Assembly: GCA_963803805.1 (NCBI GenBank)
Contig: CAWDOD010000007.1
Location: forward strand, 211,717-275,716
Length of the DNA stretch: 64,000 nucleotides
Origin: an uncultured cyanobacterium
Lineage (GTDB): Bacteria > Cyanobacteriota > Cyanobacteriia > Cyanobacteriales > CAWCAG01
Reading direction: 5' to 3'
Position 1 is the stretch's first letter. Each line of letters opens with the position of its first letter. The notes beneath the pieces were generated by a model, which was given only the letters and a program-made list of their open reading frames with translations, searched no databases and was not told the origin of the DNA. Below are positions 31,161 to 41,942 of this stretch, one piece after another. The position numbers and the translations under genes are program-made.

Positions 31161-32990
31161 CTGACGGTTCGCCGATTGCAAATGGAGTTAGAGAAAGTTT
31201 ATCCAGGGGTAAAAGACTGAGCAGTAAGTTGAGTATAGATAGTGGTGGAAAAGCCAAGGAGGGTAAGAATACACTGCTGTAGCGGTGAAAGAGGAGTTAA
31301 ATGAGCATAAATAACTTGGGGTTGAACTTCAATCAAAGTGAGTGTAATTTCCTGAAAAACAGCTAGAAGCATCTCAGCAGTAGGATGAGCAGTTTCTCTT
31401 TGAGGGTTGCCAGCATAAAGACCAGCAAGTTTGTGTTGAGATTGCTTGAGGTTGGAGCGAACCTGGAACTCCAACAGGGTTAAGACACGTAAACCAATAG
31501 AAAGCAAACGAATCAAGCCAGTAACATGGTCTTCACGTTGTAAGTAGATAGGGGTCAAAGAAAGGGGAAAGCCCTTCAATCTCTCAAATCCTCTCTCAGT
31601 TAAATATTGATGACGATAAGCCCGAACAGCTTGCTTTAAAGAAAGTTGACTACAACTGTGATTAGTCACGTAAATGCGCCATCCCAATAACTTAATCTGT
31701 TGTTCTACAGCCAACGAGTCTATTTCAAAACTAAACTCCACAGAAACTGATTCTATGGTTTGAGAAGGTCTTGTGAGATATCGTCTCTTCAGTTTTTGCA
31801 CTCGTTGGAGTTGAAACTCAAGATGAAAAAACTCCGCAGTACCATAGCGTTTCAGAATCGCTTCGGTTGCCAATTTCCATTGTTCAATATTGGTGAGTTT
31901 CCTCTTGCCACGACGGGGAATTTTCAATTGTTTAAGGGCATCTTCAGTTTTCTGCACTCTCTGGCGTAGGGACTTTTCCCGTGTTTGAGCTAGTGAGAGG
32001 GAACGTACTACCAATTGTCGCTCTTTCCAATTCACTTCCACACCTTCTATTTGAGTGGTTTTATCTTGTTCTATTTCAAACCCTTCAGCAATTTGTTTGT
32101 TTTCTCCGTTAGCATAATCGTAGTCAATTGATGTTAGTTGTTGCTTGCCTTGCCAAACTGGTTGAAGATATTGTCTGATTTGTTCTGCCTTGACTTGCTT
32201 AGCACTTAGGGGGCAAAGATAGTAATCTTTCCCTGATGCTATCTCCCCACGAGTTGCTTTTGATGACATTTTACTATCACCGATATAAAGCAATCCTGAG
32301 CGTCGCAATGTCGAACGTAGTCGCTTCACTGCTGGCATATATAAAGGGTCGTCAGCTTTGTCTCCTGATAATATTTCTGTGGCTACTGGCATTCCTAATG
32401 GGTCTAGGGTCGATAACATGATTTTTACCTGGGCTAAGTCAGGGCGATGATCTTTGCTATGACCCCATTGAAATAATCCTTCTGTGTTTACACCACAATA
32501 ACTCGAACCTGTTGTACTATCTAAACGTACTTGCTCTAAGCTTAGAGGATATACTCGTATGATGCTTCGGGACAATTGTTCCTCAAATGATTGCCAATTT
32601 TTATCTTGGCTTAGGTAACGCAGTAACGATTCTAGCCTGTCATCGCTCCAGTCTAGTTCACGTATTTCTTCTCCCACTAGTTTTTTTAAGCTCTCTTTTC
32701 GTTTGGCTACCCATCCTTGGACGTGGCTCAAACGATGGTCGGCTTGAGATAGTATGTAGCTCAACCAAATTACTGCCACGCTTCCCAGGCTTTCCCCTTG
32801 CCAGTTTCCATGAGTGACAAAGCACTTATCTAGTAATTGTTTGACACCCATTGTTTCTAATTGCTTGATAATTACAGGGACATCATCTACTCGTTCGTTG
32901 CTTATTCTCCCCTCTACTACCATACTCCCCTCGCTATACTTTAAATGTCTCTGCTTTTTCTAACTCTATTTGCAATCAGCGAACCGTGAG
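31161..32990 (-). mobile_element. IS1634-family insertion sequence, 1830 bp
   Basis: About 37-bp imperfect TIRs, CTGACGGTTCGCCGATTGCAAATGGAGTTAGAGAAAG versus (rc) CTCACGGTTCGCTGATTGCAAATAGAGTTAGAAAAAG. TSD TAATTA at 31155-31160 and 32991-32996. Confidence 0.93.
31199..32923 (-). CDS. IS1634-family DDE transposase
   Basis: RLDSTT, GHSKDHRPDLAQ, IGDSKM, YR.QY..ERGFERLK. Confidence 0.93.
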   Translation of the reverse strand: MVVEGRISNERVDDVPVIIKQLETMGVKQLLDKCFVTHGNWQGESLGSVAVIWLSYILSQADHRLSHVQGWVAKRKESLKKLVGEEIRELDWSDDRLESLLRYLSQDKNWQSFEEQLSRSIIRVYPLSLEQVRLDSTTGSSYCGVNTEGLFQWGHSKDHRPDLAQVKIMLSTLDPLGMPVATEILSGDKADDPLYMPAVKRLRSTLRRSGLLYIGDSKMSSKATRGEIASGKDYYLCPLSAKQVKAEQIRQYLQPVWQGKQQLTSIDYDYANGENKQIAEGFEIEQDKTTQIEGVEVNWKERQLVVRSLSLAQTREKSLRQRVQKTEDALKQLKIPRRGKRKLTNIEQWKLATEAILKRYGTAEFFHLEFQLQRVQKLKRRYLTRPSQTIESVSVEFSFEIDSLAVEQQIKLLGWRIYVTNHSCSQLSLKQAVRAYRHQYLTERGFERLKGFPLSLTPIYLQREDHVTGLIRLLSIGLRVLTLLEFQVRSNLKQSQHKLAGLYAGNPQRETAHPTAEMLLAVFQEITLTLIEVQPQVIYAHLTPLSPLQQCILTLLGFSTTIYTQLTAQSFTPG

Positions 32991-33015
32991 TAATTACTTA
33001 TTACTTAATAAATCA

Positions 33016-34344
33016 ATGCCCACTTCCCGCCAACTAGCTTTAATTGCTTTAGGAGATATTGAACGCGGAGGAGCTTATACTAATATTGCCCTAGATAGAG
33101 TAATAGGCTCAGCCAAACTAGGCAGTGCTGACCGTAGACTGGTTACGGAGTTAGTTTATGGTATAGTTCGCAGAAGGCGATCTCTAGATGCAATAATTGA
33201 CCAGTTAGGTAAAAAAAAAGCTGAGCAGCAACCCCCTCAATTACGCCTCATTCTGCACTTAGGGCTATATCAGCTACGCTATCTTGATCATATTCCTGAT
33301 TCTGCTGCGGTTAATACCAGTGTGGAACTTGCGAAAGAAAACGGCTTGAAAAAACTAACTGGGGTGGTTAATGGTGTATTACGTCAGTATGTACGTCTAG
33401 CTGCCCAGACAAATGATCCTTTACAGCTACCTAAAGATCCCCTAGAGCGGTTAGAGATTTTACATAGCTTTCCTGGTTGGATATTGCAGTTATGGCGATC
33501 GCAGCTTAGCTTGGAAGAGACGGAGGAATTATGTATTTGGTTTAACAAACCCCCTACCATTGATTTGCGAGTTAATATTTTACGAACTTCGATTGAAGAG
33601 GTGGAGTTAGCTTTAAAAGAAAATAACCTAACGGTTACTCCCTTACCTCACTTACCCCAAGGTTTGAGGATAACCGGAGGCATAGGTTCTATTCAAAAAT
33701 TACCTGGTTTCAAAGAAGGTTGTTGGACAGTACAAGATAGTAGCGCTCAACTAGTATCCCATATTCTAGCTCCTCAACCAGGAGAAACGATTATTGATGC
33801 CTGTGCTGCACCAGGGGGCAAAACTACTCATATTGCTGAATTGATGGGAGATCGAGGTAAGATTTGGGCTTGCGATCGTGCAGTTACACGCTTGAAAAAA
33901 CTCACTCAAAATACCCAACGTTTAGGATTAAGCTCTATTTCGGTTTGCCCTGGGGATAGTCGTAGTTTTGAGCAATTTGAGCAAATTGCTGACAGAGTTT
34001 TAGTTGATGCCCCCTGTTCAGGATTAGGAACACTCCATCGTCGCCCTGATCTGCGTTGGCGACAAACCCCCCAAAAAGTCCAAGATTTAACTGTACTACA
34101 AGGGGAAATTCTCAAGGGAGCAGCAAAATGGGTTAAGCCAGGGGGTATGCTAGTTTATGCTACTTGTACATTGAATAGTTCAGAAAATGAGGCCGTTATC
34201 GACTCTTTTTTATCCTCTCATCCTAATTGGGAAATTGAGCCACCAGCCAATAATTTTCTAGCTACTTCTCAAGGTTGGCTGAAAATCTGGCCCCATCGCC
34301 AGGAACAAGACGGCTTTTTTATGGTGAAGTTAAGACAAGGATGA
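33016..34344 (+). CDS. rsmB: 16S rRNA m5C967 methyltransferase
   Basis: NusB-like N-domain, VQDSSAQ, DACAAPGGKT, DAPCSGLG, YATCT. The ORF-track start at 32986 lies inside the IS end, so ATG 33016 is preferred. Confidence 0.96.
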   Translation: MPTSRQLALIALGDIERGGAYTNIALDRVIGSAKLGSADRRLVTELVYGIVRRRRSLDAIIDQLGKKKAEQQPPQLRLILHLGLYQLRYLDHIPDSAAVNTSVELAKENGLKKLTGVVNGVLRQYVRLAAQTNDPLQLPKDPLERLEILHSFPGWILQLWRSQLSLEETEELCIWFNKPPTIDLRVNILRTSIEEVELALKENNLTVTPLPHLPQGLRITGGIGSIQKLPGFKEGCWTVQDSSAQLVSHILAPQPGETIIDACAAPGGKTTHIAELMGDRGKIWACDRAVTRLKKLTQNTQRLGLSSISVCPGDSRSFEQFEQIADRVLVDAPCSGLGTLHRRPDLRWRQTPQKVQDLTVLQGEILKGAAKWVKPGGMLVYATCTLNSSENEAVIDSFLSSHPNWEIEPPANNFLATSQGWLKIWPHRQEQDGFFMVKLRQG

Positions 34345-34350
34345 TAAGTA

Positions 34351-34773
34351 ATGAGCAAAAATTCTAAAACTAAACAACTGCTAAAAATCCTGATCGGTGC
34401 GGCTTGGATAGATGGCACAATTCAAGCAGAGGAAAGAGAGTATTTAAATCAGATGGCTGCGGAAAAAGGGGTAGCAGAAGATCCTCAGATTAAACCTTTG
34501 CTTTCAGAGATTAAACAAGTTAAACCGTCAGAATGCTATAGCTGGCTACAAGAATATTTAGGGGATAATCCCACTGAAGAAGATTATCAGCAGCTTTTTG
34601 AGTCCTTAAGCGCTTTAATTTATAGTGACGGGGATGTAGATACCGAAGAGGCAAAGTTATTAAATCGCTTACAACTACTTGAAGCAGAAAACAAATCCCC
34701 TAAATCCGGTGTTGATAGGTTTCTTCGTGCGGTACAAAAGCTTTATCGTAAAGCGGTTGTCAACGAACAATGA
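34351..34773 (+). CDS. TerB-like family protein
   Basis: Two AxxDG..ExE motifs (AAWIDGTIQAEE and IYSDGDVDTEE). Confidence 0.85.
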   Translation: MSKNSKTKQLLKILIGAAWIDGTIQAEEREYLNQMAAEKGVAEDPQIKPLLSEIKQVKPSECYSWLQEYLGDNPTEEDYQQLFESLSALIYSDGDVDTEEAKLLNRLQLLEAENKSPKSGVDRFLRAVQKLYRKAVVNEQ

Positions 34774-35009
34774 TGGCTAACAGCAACGGTAAGTTGTACA
34801 GTTGTTAATGATCAATCTTTAAGTAGCAACAAAATACTTTAAAAAAGCGTCATTGTATTTACGCAGACAGAAACTTTTTGTTAGCAAATACCGTCAAAAA
34901 TAGGCTTTTATTAGCTTAATTTGACATAATGGTAGTTTTAGTTTTGATTAGGAACTTACAACTACATCTAATGTCTAATTACTTAACTAGATAACATAAT
35001 ACTTGGAGA

Positions 35010-36272
35010 ATGCACTCAATGTCCAAAATAAATCGTTGGAAAACTACCACCGCTTTAATGCTAAGTATCGGCATGGGCGCAGCAACCCTTGCACCCGTAG
35101 TTGCCCCTTTAATATTATCTGCCCCTGCTGTTGCTCAAGCAAATAGCTTCCCCGATGTTCCAGAAGGTTATTGGGCGAAGGAATTTATTGAAGAGTTAAC
35201 AGAGCGAAACATTATTAGTGGTTTCCCCGATGGTACTTTCAAACCAGATGCTCCTGTTACCCGCGCCCAATTTTCTAGCTTAATTTCTGGGGCTTTCAGC
35301 AAAACTGAAACCCGTAGCAGTATCAATTTTGTTGATGTTAGCTCTAATTATTGGGCAAGATCCTCCATTGATAAATCCTACAAAACTGGCTTCTTAGCTG
35401 GTTATCCTGGCAACATTTTTCGACCAGAGCAGAACATTCCCCGTGAGCAGGTAATTGTTTCTTTAGCCAATGGCTTAAATTATACAACAGGGGCTGTCGA
35501 TAGCACCCTCAATTATTACAACGACGCTACCAGCATTTCTAGCTGGGCGCGTTCTTCGGTTGCAGCAGCAACTCAACGAAGCATGGTTGTTAATTACCCA
35601 ACTTTGAAAAACCTCAATCCTTCCCGTAATGCTACTAGAGCAGAAGTAGCTGCTTTTATTTATCAAGCTTTGGTTAATCAAGGGCAAGCTTCGGCAATAG
35701 GTTCTCCTTACATCGTTAACCAAGCCCCTGTCGCTAGTAGCTTTACCATTCCTGCTGGTTCAGTAATGCCTGTTTCTTATGATAAGGACAAAATTCTCCT
35801 CACCAAAGATGAGACAGTTCCTGTTACTTTAATGGTGAAAGCTAACATTGTTAATTCAGAACAGAGGGTTTTAATTCCTGCGGGAACTAAGGTTGAAGGG
35901 AAGCTAGAACCTACTGCATCTGGTGGAACTCAGTTTATGGCAGAAAGACTCATTTATGCTAACGGCACAAGCCAAAATATTTCTGCTACTTCTCAGGTAA
36001 TTACCGAAACTGAAACTATCAGCAAGGGAGTAAGCATCGGTGATTTAGCTAAGAATGCAGGCATCGGCACAGCCGCAGCAGCAGCGATTTCCGCCATTAC
36101 TGGTGATCGGGCGATCGCTACAGAAGAACTCTTACTTGGTGCTGGTTTAGGAGCTTTAGTAGAGTTGATTCCTAGCTTCTTGGGCTTAAACAAAGTGGAT
36201 CTTTTAGTTGTCAATCCTAATACTGATCTCAATTTAACTCTAACTAATGATTTAGTCGTTTCTGCTCAGTAG
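35010..36272 (+). CDS. S-layer homology (SLH) domain protein
   Basis: Signal peptide and three SLH repeats (FPDV...ISGFPDGTFKPDAPVTRAQF, ...ATRAEVAAFIYQAL). Confidence 0.92.
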   Translation: MHSMSKINRWKTTTALMLSIGMGAATLAPVVAPLILSAPAVAQANSFPDVPEGYWAKEFIEELTERNIISGFPDGTFKPDAPVTRAQFSSLISGAFSKTETRSSINFVDVSSNYWARSSIDKSYKTGFLAGYPGNIFRPEQNIPREQVIVSLANGLNYTTGAVDSTLNYYNDATSISSWARSSVAAATQRSMVVNYPTLKNLNPSRNATRAEVAAFIYQALVNQGQASAIGSPYIVNQAPVASSFTIPAGSVMPVSYDKDKILLTKDETVPVTLMVKANIVNSEQRVLIPAGTKVEGKLEPTASGGTQFMAERLIYANGTSQNISATSQVITETETISKGVSIGDLAKNAGIGTAAAAAISAITGDRAIATEELLLGAGLGALVELIPSFLGLNKVDLLVVNPNTDLNLTLTNDLVVSAQ

Positions 36273-36307
36273 AGATGAGATTTCGTTAGTTATTTGTAAA
36301 TATTTTT

Positions 36308-36342
36308 ATAGAGACGTTGGTTACAATGTCTCTATTTTTTTT
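36308..36342 (+). terminator. Terminator / REP-like hairpin
   Basis: ATAGAGAC...GTCTCTAT followed by a T-run. Confidence 0.65.
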
Positions 36343-36460
36343 GTTATTAACATACAGATGAGCAATTTTTAAGAATAGGGGAATATTCATCTCTGGCAAA
36401 AGTAATTTTAGCGATCGCCTTATCGTTCATGTTTCTAAGCAACAATCTATTGCACTGTTT

Positions 36461-36818
36461 TAGCTGTGTCACGCCAGTAGGGTGTGTTAGTGCTGCCAAC
36501 AATCTCTCGATAAATTAGTAAAATCAAATTCAGCACGTAACGCACCGCAAACCAATTAGAGAGAGCCAAGAAAAGACTTATCTAAAGCGATAAGCTAATG
36601 GCTAGTCGCTAGTTGCTAAAATCTTATACTTGGTGAGGATATTTTATTTATTGGAGTTCTCTTAAAGGGATAGGTCTATGGTGGAAAAATATTGTTGATT
36701 CAACCTCTTCCTGTGTTTATCATAGAAGAATTGGTGCGTTACGGCGGATAAAGGCTTTTTTATTTGACTCCGGTTTGTGATAAGTCGCCTAACACACCCT
36801 ACTAGGGTGACACACCTA
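36461..36818. mobile_element. Composite MITE-like element with nested inverted REP-like units
   Basis: Left GTGTCACGCCAGTAGGGTGTGTTAG versus rc of right GTGTCACCCTAGTAGGGTGTGTTAG. Inner CGTAACGCACC / GGTGCGTTACG pair. Confidence 0.7.
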
Positions 36819-37048
36819 AAATTGTTGCTTTAGAAAGACAGCAAAAGCTATAGCGCTACTTGCAAGACAACTGGGAATCTGAAAAAGTTTTTTTGGCTAA
36901 AAAGCTAGATATAATCAATGATTGAGAGATTTCAAAACAGTAAATTTCGTCTTGTTGCTAGCTTTTGAGTTATTGAGAAAAAAGTAATGTGTCACAATAA
37001 ATGAAAGAAAAATAACCATATAAAAATAATTTAAACAGGAGAAGGTAG

Positions 37049-38776
37049 ATGGTAGCACTCGCCGAAAAAACGGAAAAGCGGCTGACGATACAAAAAGCCG
37101 AAGTCGCGCCGGATACCCTAACAATACGTTCTTTAGATTGGGATCGGGATCGCTTTGATATTGAGTTTGGTTTGCAAAATGGTACAACTTATAACTCCTA
37201 CATTATTCGTGGGGAAAAGACAGCTTTAGTTGATACTTCCCACGGTAAGTTTCGGCAATTATATCTTGATGCCCTCACTGGAGAAATTGACCCCAAAGAG
37301 ATTGATTACTTAATTATTAGCCACACTGAACCAGATCATAGTGGCTTAGTGAAGGATGTTTTGGAATTAGCTCCCCAAGCTGTAGTTGTGGGTGCGAAAG
37401 TGGCGATTAAATTTTTAGAGGATTTAGTTCATGTACCTTTTGAAAAATTAGTAATAAAAAATGGTGATCAATTAGATTTGGGCAACGGCCATGTTTTAGA
37501 ATTTGTCAACGCACCTAACTTACATTGGCCTGATACTATTTTCACCTATGATGCCAAAACTCAGGTACTTTTTACCTGCGATGCTTTTGGGATGCACTAT
37601 TGTAGCGATCGCACCTACGATGAAGATATCAAAGCCATTGAACCAGATTATCGCTTCTATTATGAATGCTTGATGGCCCCCAACGCTCGTTCAGTACTTT
37701 CTGCTATGAAGCGGATGGATAAATTAGGGGAAGTTAACTTAGTCGCTAATGGTCACGGTCCTTTATTGCGTCATAATGTTGGGGAGTTGCTGGGGCGTTA
37801 TCGCAGTTGGAGTAAAGCCCAAGCGAAAGCAGAAAAGACTGTAGCCTTATTTTACACCTCAGATTATGGTTATAGCGATCGCCTTTCCCAAGCGGTGGCT
37901 AAAGGTATCACCAAAACTGGGGTAGCGGTGGAAATGATTGATTTTAAATCAGCCGATACCCAAGAAGTTCAAGAATTAGTTAACCGTGCTGCTGGTATTG
38001 TTGTTGGTATGCCCCCTGCATCTGGGGAACATTATCAAGAAATTACTCAAGTGGTTAGCACAATTTTAGCAGCAGTTAAGGGTAAGCAAGTTGTGGGGAT
38101 GTTTGAATCCTACGGTAGTGATGATGAACCCATAGACCCATTGTTAACTAAATTTGGGGATTTAGGATTGAAAAAAGCTTTTCCTTCCGTCCGTATTAAA
38201 GACAACCCAACTGAAGCTACTTACCAACTCTGTGAAGAAGCAGGAACAGATCTAGGACAACTTTTAACTCGCGATCAAGCTATCAAACAGATGAAGTCCT
38301 TAGATAGTGACTTGGACAAAGCTTTAGGGCGTATCAGTGGCGGGCTTTATATCATCACTGCTAAAAAAGGCGATGTGAAAAGTGCGATGCTAGCTTCTTG
38401 GGTTTCTCAAGCCAGTTTTGAACCCCCAGGTTTAACCATTGCTGTAGCGAAAGATCGCGCCATTGAATCTTTAATGCAAGTGGGCGATCGCTTTATCTTA
38501 AATGTTTTAGAAGAAGGCAACTATCAGCATTTAATGCGCCACTTCCTGAAGCGTTTTAAACCAGGTGCAGATCGTTTTGAAGGAGTCAAAACTCAAACTG
38601 CCAACAATGGTTCTCCCATTCTCCGGGATGCTTTAGCTTATTTGGAATGTCAAGTGGTTAGTCGTATGGAGTGTAGTGATCATTGGATAGTCTACAGTCA
38701 AGTAGAAACTGGCCGCGTTTCTAACACAGAGGCTTTAACCGCAGCACATCATCGTAAGGTGGGCAATCATTATTAA
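37049..38776 (+). CDS. flv3: Class C flavodiiron protein (Flv3 type)
   Basis: RSLDWDRDRFDIEFGLQNGTTYNS, canonical HTEPDH, HWPD, flavodoxin and flavin reductase domains, terminal HHRKVGNHY. Confidence 0.88.
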   Translation: MVALAEKTEKRLTIQKAEVAPDTLTIRSLDWDRDRFDIEFGLQNGTTYNSYIIRGEKTALVDTSHGKFRQLYLDALTGEIDPKEIDYLIISHTEPDHSGLVKDVLELAPQAVVVGAKVAIKFLEDLVHVPFEKLVIKNGDQLDLGNGHVLEFVNAPNLHWPDTIFTYDAKTQVLFTCDAFGMHYCSDRTYDEDIKAIEPDYRFYYECLMAPNARSVLSAMKRMDKLGEVNLVANGHGPLLRHNVGELLGRYRSWSKAQAKAEKTVALFYTSDYGYSDRLSQAVAKGITKTGVAVEMIDFKSADTQEVQELVNRAAGIVVGMPPASGEHYQEITQVVSTILAAVKGKQVVGMFESYGSDDEPIDPLLTKFGDLGLKKAFPSVRIKDNPTEATYQLCEEAGTDLGQLLTRDQAIKQMKSLDSDLDKALGRISGGLYIITAKKGDVKSAMLASWVSQASFEPPGLTIAVAKDRAIESLMQVGDRFILNVLEEGNYQHLMRHFLKRFKPGADRFEGVKTQTANNGSPILRDALAYLECQVVSRMECSDHWIVYSQVETGRVSNTEALTAAHHRKVGNHY

Positions 38777-38862
38777 ACAGGGTAAAGGCTAAAGAGTAAG
38801 GGGGAAAGGGCTAAAATTGGTAATTAGTTTACAATAACCAAGAAGCTATTATCAATTGCTAA

Positions 38863-41800
38863 ATGATTCCCCTGCAACTCACCTTAAAAAACTTCCTTAG
38901 CTATCGCGAAGCAACTCTCGACTTTCGGGGATTGCATACAGCTTGTATTTGTGGTGCAAATGGTGCTGGGAAATCTTCTTTATTAGAAGCAATTACTTGG
39001 GCTGTTTGGGGTCAAAGCCGTACTGCTAGCGAAGATGACACTATTAACGCTGGGGCAAAAGATGTACGGGTGGATTTTACCTTCATTTCTAACCAACAAA
39101 CCTATCGGGTAATTCGTTCTCGTACAAGGGGCAGGAGTGCTTCTCTTGATTTTCAGGTAGAGAGTAAAAACGGGTTCCGTTCCTTAAACGCGAAGGGAAT
39201 GCGAGCAACCCAGCAAGAAATTATTGCCCATTTAAAATTAGACTACGATACTTTTGTGAACTCTGCCTATTTACGTCAGGGAAGGGCGGATGAGTTTATG
39301 TTACGTCGTCCTAGTGAAAGAAAGCAAATTTTAGCAGATTTGTTGAAATTAGATCGCTATGAAGAGTTAGCAGAACAGGCAAAGAGTTTTTCTAAACAAC
39401 TGAAAGGACAAGCAGAACAATTACAACAAAGTTTACAACCTCTCCAGGAACAGTTGGGAGAAAAGGCCGCTTTAGTTGAGGAAAAGACTAAGATTACTCA
39501 ACAAATCAAGCAACTGGAACAATTGCAAGAAGGTGATCGCGAAAAATTGCAGCAATTAGCAAAGTTGCAAAATCAGAGGCAAACTTGGCAACAGCAGCTT
39601 AATTGGCAACAAACCCAGTATCAAAATGTCTCCCAAGACTGCGATCGCGCTGTTCAAGAAAGAGAAGCTTTACAAGGGCAGATACAGAGTTTACAAGGGT
39701 TATTAGGTCAAGAAGAGGAGATTAAACAAGGTTATCAACAGCTTTTACAACTACAAAAAGAAGAAGAACTTTTTAGTGGCAAGTTCCAAGTTTATCAAGA
39801 TGCCCAACAAAAAAAGCAGCAGTTGAATCAGGAGTTGGCACAACAAACCAATCAGCTAAACCTACAACTTAGTCAGTATGAAACAAAATTAGAAACCTTA
39901 CTGCAACAGGAACGAGAATTGCAAGAAGTTCTCAGCCGTAGTCAGGAAGTCGCTGTTGCGTTAACACAATTACATAAATGCCGGCAGCGTCTAGGAGAAC
40001 TCGATGAGTTGCAACTTCAGGTTTCTCCTTTAGTACAAAGGCGCAATAACTTACAAATGGAATTGGAACGGGTAGAGGCAAGGTTAAATGCTAGATTAGA
40101 ACAGTTAAGTAATTTGCGGGGAGAACTTCAGGTTCAAGTTAATCAAGTTCCCCAAACACAGCAACAGATTCTGACAGTAGAAGAAGAAATTAAGCAGTTA
40201 GAGAATAAAAAGATTCGTCAGCAAAGGGTTGAGGAAAAGGGAAATGATCAAAAAAGTTTTCAAGAACGTCTCCAAGAACAGCAACGCCTCTTGCAAAGGA
40301 ACTTAGGAGAGTTACAACAAAAGTTGGAGATGCTACAAACTCCAGGGGCAGTTTGCCCTTTATGTGAACAAGGTTTAGATGAGCATTATCGCCAGCGAGT
40401 AGTAAGCAAAACCGAAGCACAACAGCAAGAAATTCAGGACAAATGTTGGGTGTTGCGGGAACAAATGGCTACCTGTGAGAGGGAATTACAAGGCTTACGG
40501 GTAGAGTATGCACAGTTAAGAAAGGAGATGTCCCCCTACAACAATTTATTACAACAAAGGGGGCAATTGGAAGCGCAGTTAGAAAATACCGGAGGAGTAC
40601 AGCAGAGACTATTAGCCATCAATACTGAAACAGCAGAGATTGAACGTTCCTTAGCCGTGGGGAATTATGCTTTAGAGTTGCACGCTGAGTTAGAGAATTT
40701 GCAACAAAAAATAACCTCCCTCAATTACGACGAACAAACCCACGCTTTAGCAAGGGGAGAGGTAGAAAATTATCGCTGGGCGGAAATTAGACAGGCTAAG
40801 TTAGAGGATGCAGGGAAAAGGCAAGGGCAGTTACAAATTCAAAAGCCCCAACTAGAGGCACAAATAGTTAGGAGTAAAAGGGCTATTGAGGAATTGCATC
40901 AAACTTCCCCATTGCAACAGGAAATTGAACGGGTGGAAGAGTATATTCGGGAGTTAGGTTATGAGAGATCGCGCCATAACCAAATCGTCACTGCTGTGAG
41001 GGAAGCTAATTCCTGGCAACTACGCTACCAACAACTCCAGCAGGCACAACAGCAATATCCCCAATTAGAAGCCCAATCACAACAACTTCAACAACGTCTA
41101 GAACAACGTTTGCAAGACCGAGAAACTGTAGCAAAGCAGTTGAAAGATTTGCAAGAGCAAATGTCTCAAAACCCCGATTATAGCCAAGAGATACAGGTAT
41201 TGCAACAACAAGTTCTCCAAGTCAGAAGAAGACAATTAGATCAGCTTTTAGCACAACAAGGAAGCTATGAACAAAGATTGATTCAAATAGATAATTTAGC
41301 CCAACAATTTCAAGAGACACAAAACAAGTTAGAAGAGATTAAAAAACAATATCGCGTTTATCAAGAACTTGCCCAAGCGTTCGGTAAAAAAGGTATTCAA
41401 GCTTTAATGATTGAGAACATTTTACCACAATTAGAAGCCCAAACCAACCAAATTTTAGCACGTTTAACGGGAAATCAATTACACGTTCAATTTTTAACCC
41501 AAAGAGCATCTAAAAGTAGTAAATCGAAACGGAAAGCCACCAAACTAATTGATACTTTAGATATATTAATTGCTGATGCTAGGGGAACTCGTCCCTATGA
41601 AACCTATTCCGGTGGCGAAGGGTTTCGCATTAACTTTGCTATCCGTTTAGCCTTAGCAAGATTACTCGCACAAAGGGCAGGAACTTCTTTACAGATGCTA
41701 ATTATCGATGAAGGTTTTGGTACTCAAGATGCGGAAGGATGCGAAAGATTAATCGCTGCAATTAATGCGATCGCGGCTGATTTTTCTTGTATTTTAACTG

Positions 41801-41892
41801 TTACCCATATGCCTCAATTCAAAGAAGCTTTTCAAAATCGCATTGAGGTAAGTAAGAATAATCAAGGTTCTCAAATATTGCTTTCAAGTTAG
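38863..41892 (+). CDS. sbcC: SbcC/Rad50 ATPase
   Basis: GANGAGKSS, long coiled coil with a CPLC zinc hook, YSGGE, IIDEGFG. Confidence 0.96.
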   Translation: MIPLQLTLKNFLSYREATLDFRGLHTACICGANGAGKSSLLEAITWAVWGQSRTASEDDTINAGAKDVRVDFTFISNQQTYRVIRSRTRGRSASLDFQVESKNGFRSLNAKGMRATQQEIIAHLKLDYDTFVNSAYLRQGRADEFMLRRPSERKQILADLLKLDRYEELAEQAKSFSKQLKGQAEQLQQSLQPLQEQLGEKAALVEEKTKITQQIKQLEQLQEGDREKLQQLAKLQNQRQTWQQQLNWQQTQYQNVSQDCDRAVQEREALQGQIQSLQGLLGQEEEIKQGYQQLLQLQKEEELFSGKFQVYQDAQQKKQQLNQELAQQTNQLNLQLSQYETKLETLLQQERELQEVLSRSQEVAVALTQLHKCRQRLGELDELQLQVSPLVQRRNNLQMELERVEARLNARLEQLSNLRGELQVQVNQVPQTQQQILTVEEEIKQLENKKIRQQRVEEKGNDQKSFQERLQEQQRLLQRNLGELQQKLEMLQTPGAVCPLCEQGLDEHYRQRVVSKTEAQQQEIQDKCWVLREQMATCERELQGLRVEYAQLRKEMSPYNNLLQQRGQLEAQLENTGGVQQRLLAINTETAEIERSLAVGNYALELHAELENLQQKITSLNYDEQTHALARGEVENYRWAEIRQAKLEDAGKRQGQLQIQKPQLEAQIVRSKRAIEELHQTSPLQQEIERVEEYIRELGYERSRHNQIVTAVREANSWQLRYQQLQQAQQQYPQLEAQSQQLQQRLEQRLQDRETVAKQLKDLQEQMSQNPDYSQEIQVLQQQVLQVRRRQLDQLLAQQGSYEQRLIQIDNLAQQFQETQNKLEEIKKQYRVYQELAQAFGKKGIQALMIENILPQLEAQTNQILARLTGNQLHVQFLTQRASKSSKSKRKATKLIDTLDILIADARGTRPYETYSGGEGFRINFAIRLALARLLAQRAGTSLQMLIIDEGFGTQDAEGCERLIAAINAIAADFSCILTVTHMPQFKEAFQNRIEVSKNNQGSQILLSS

Positions 41893-41942
41893 ACGGACAC
41901 GTTGTAAACCAAAGTTGTTAATTAAGTACCTTAAATTAATTT
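41893..41942 (-). pseudogene. 50-bp remnant of a paralog of the 42586-43209 gene
   Basis: 45/50 identical to 43135-43184. Translates INLRYLINNFGLQRVR versus INLRYLIDNFGLQRVR. Confidence 0.8.

Noticed and set aside
37049-41892. flv3 without flv1 and sbcC without sbcD as anomalies
   Set aside because: These partners are often unlinked in cyanobacteria.
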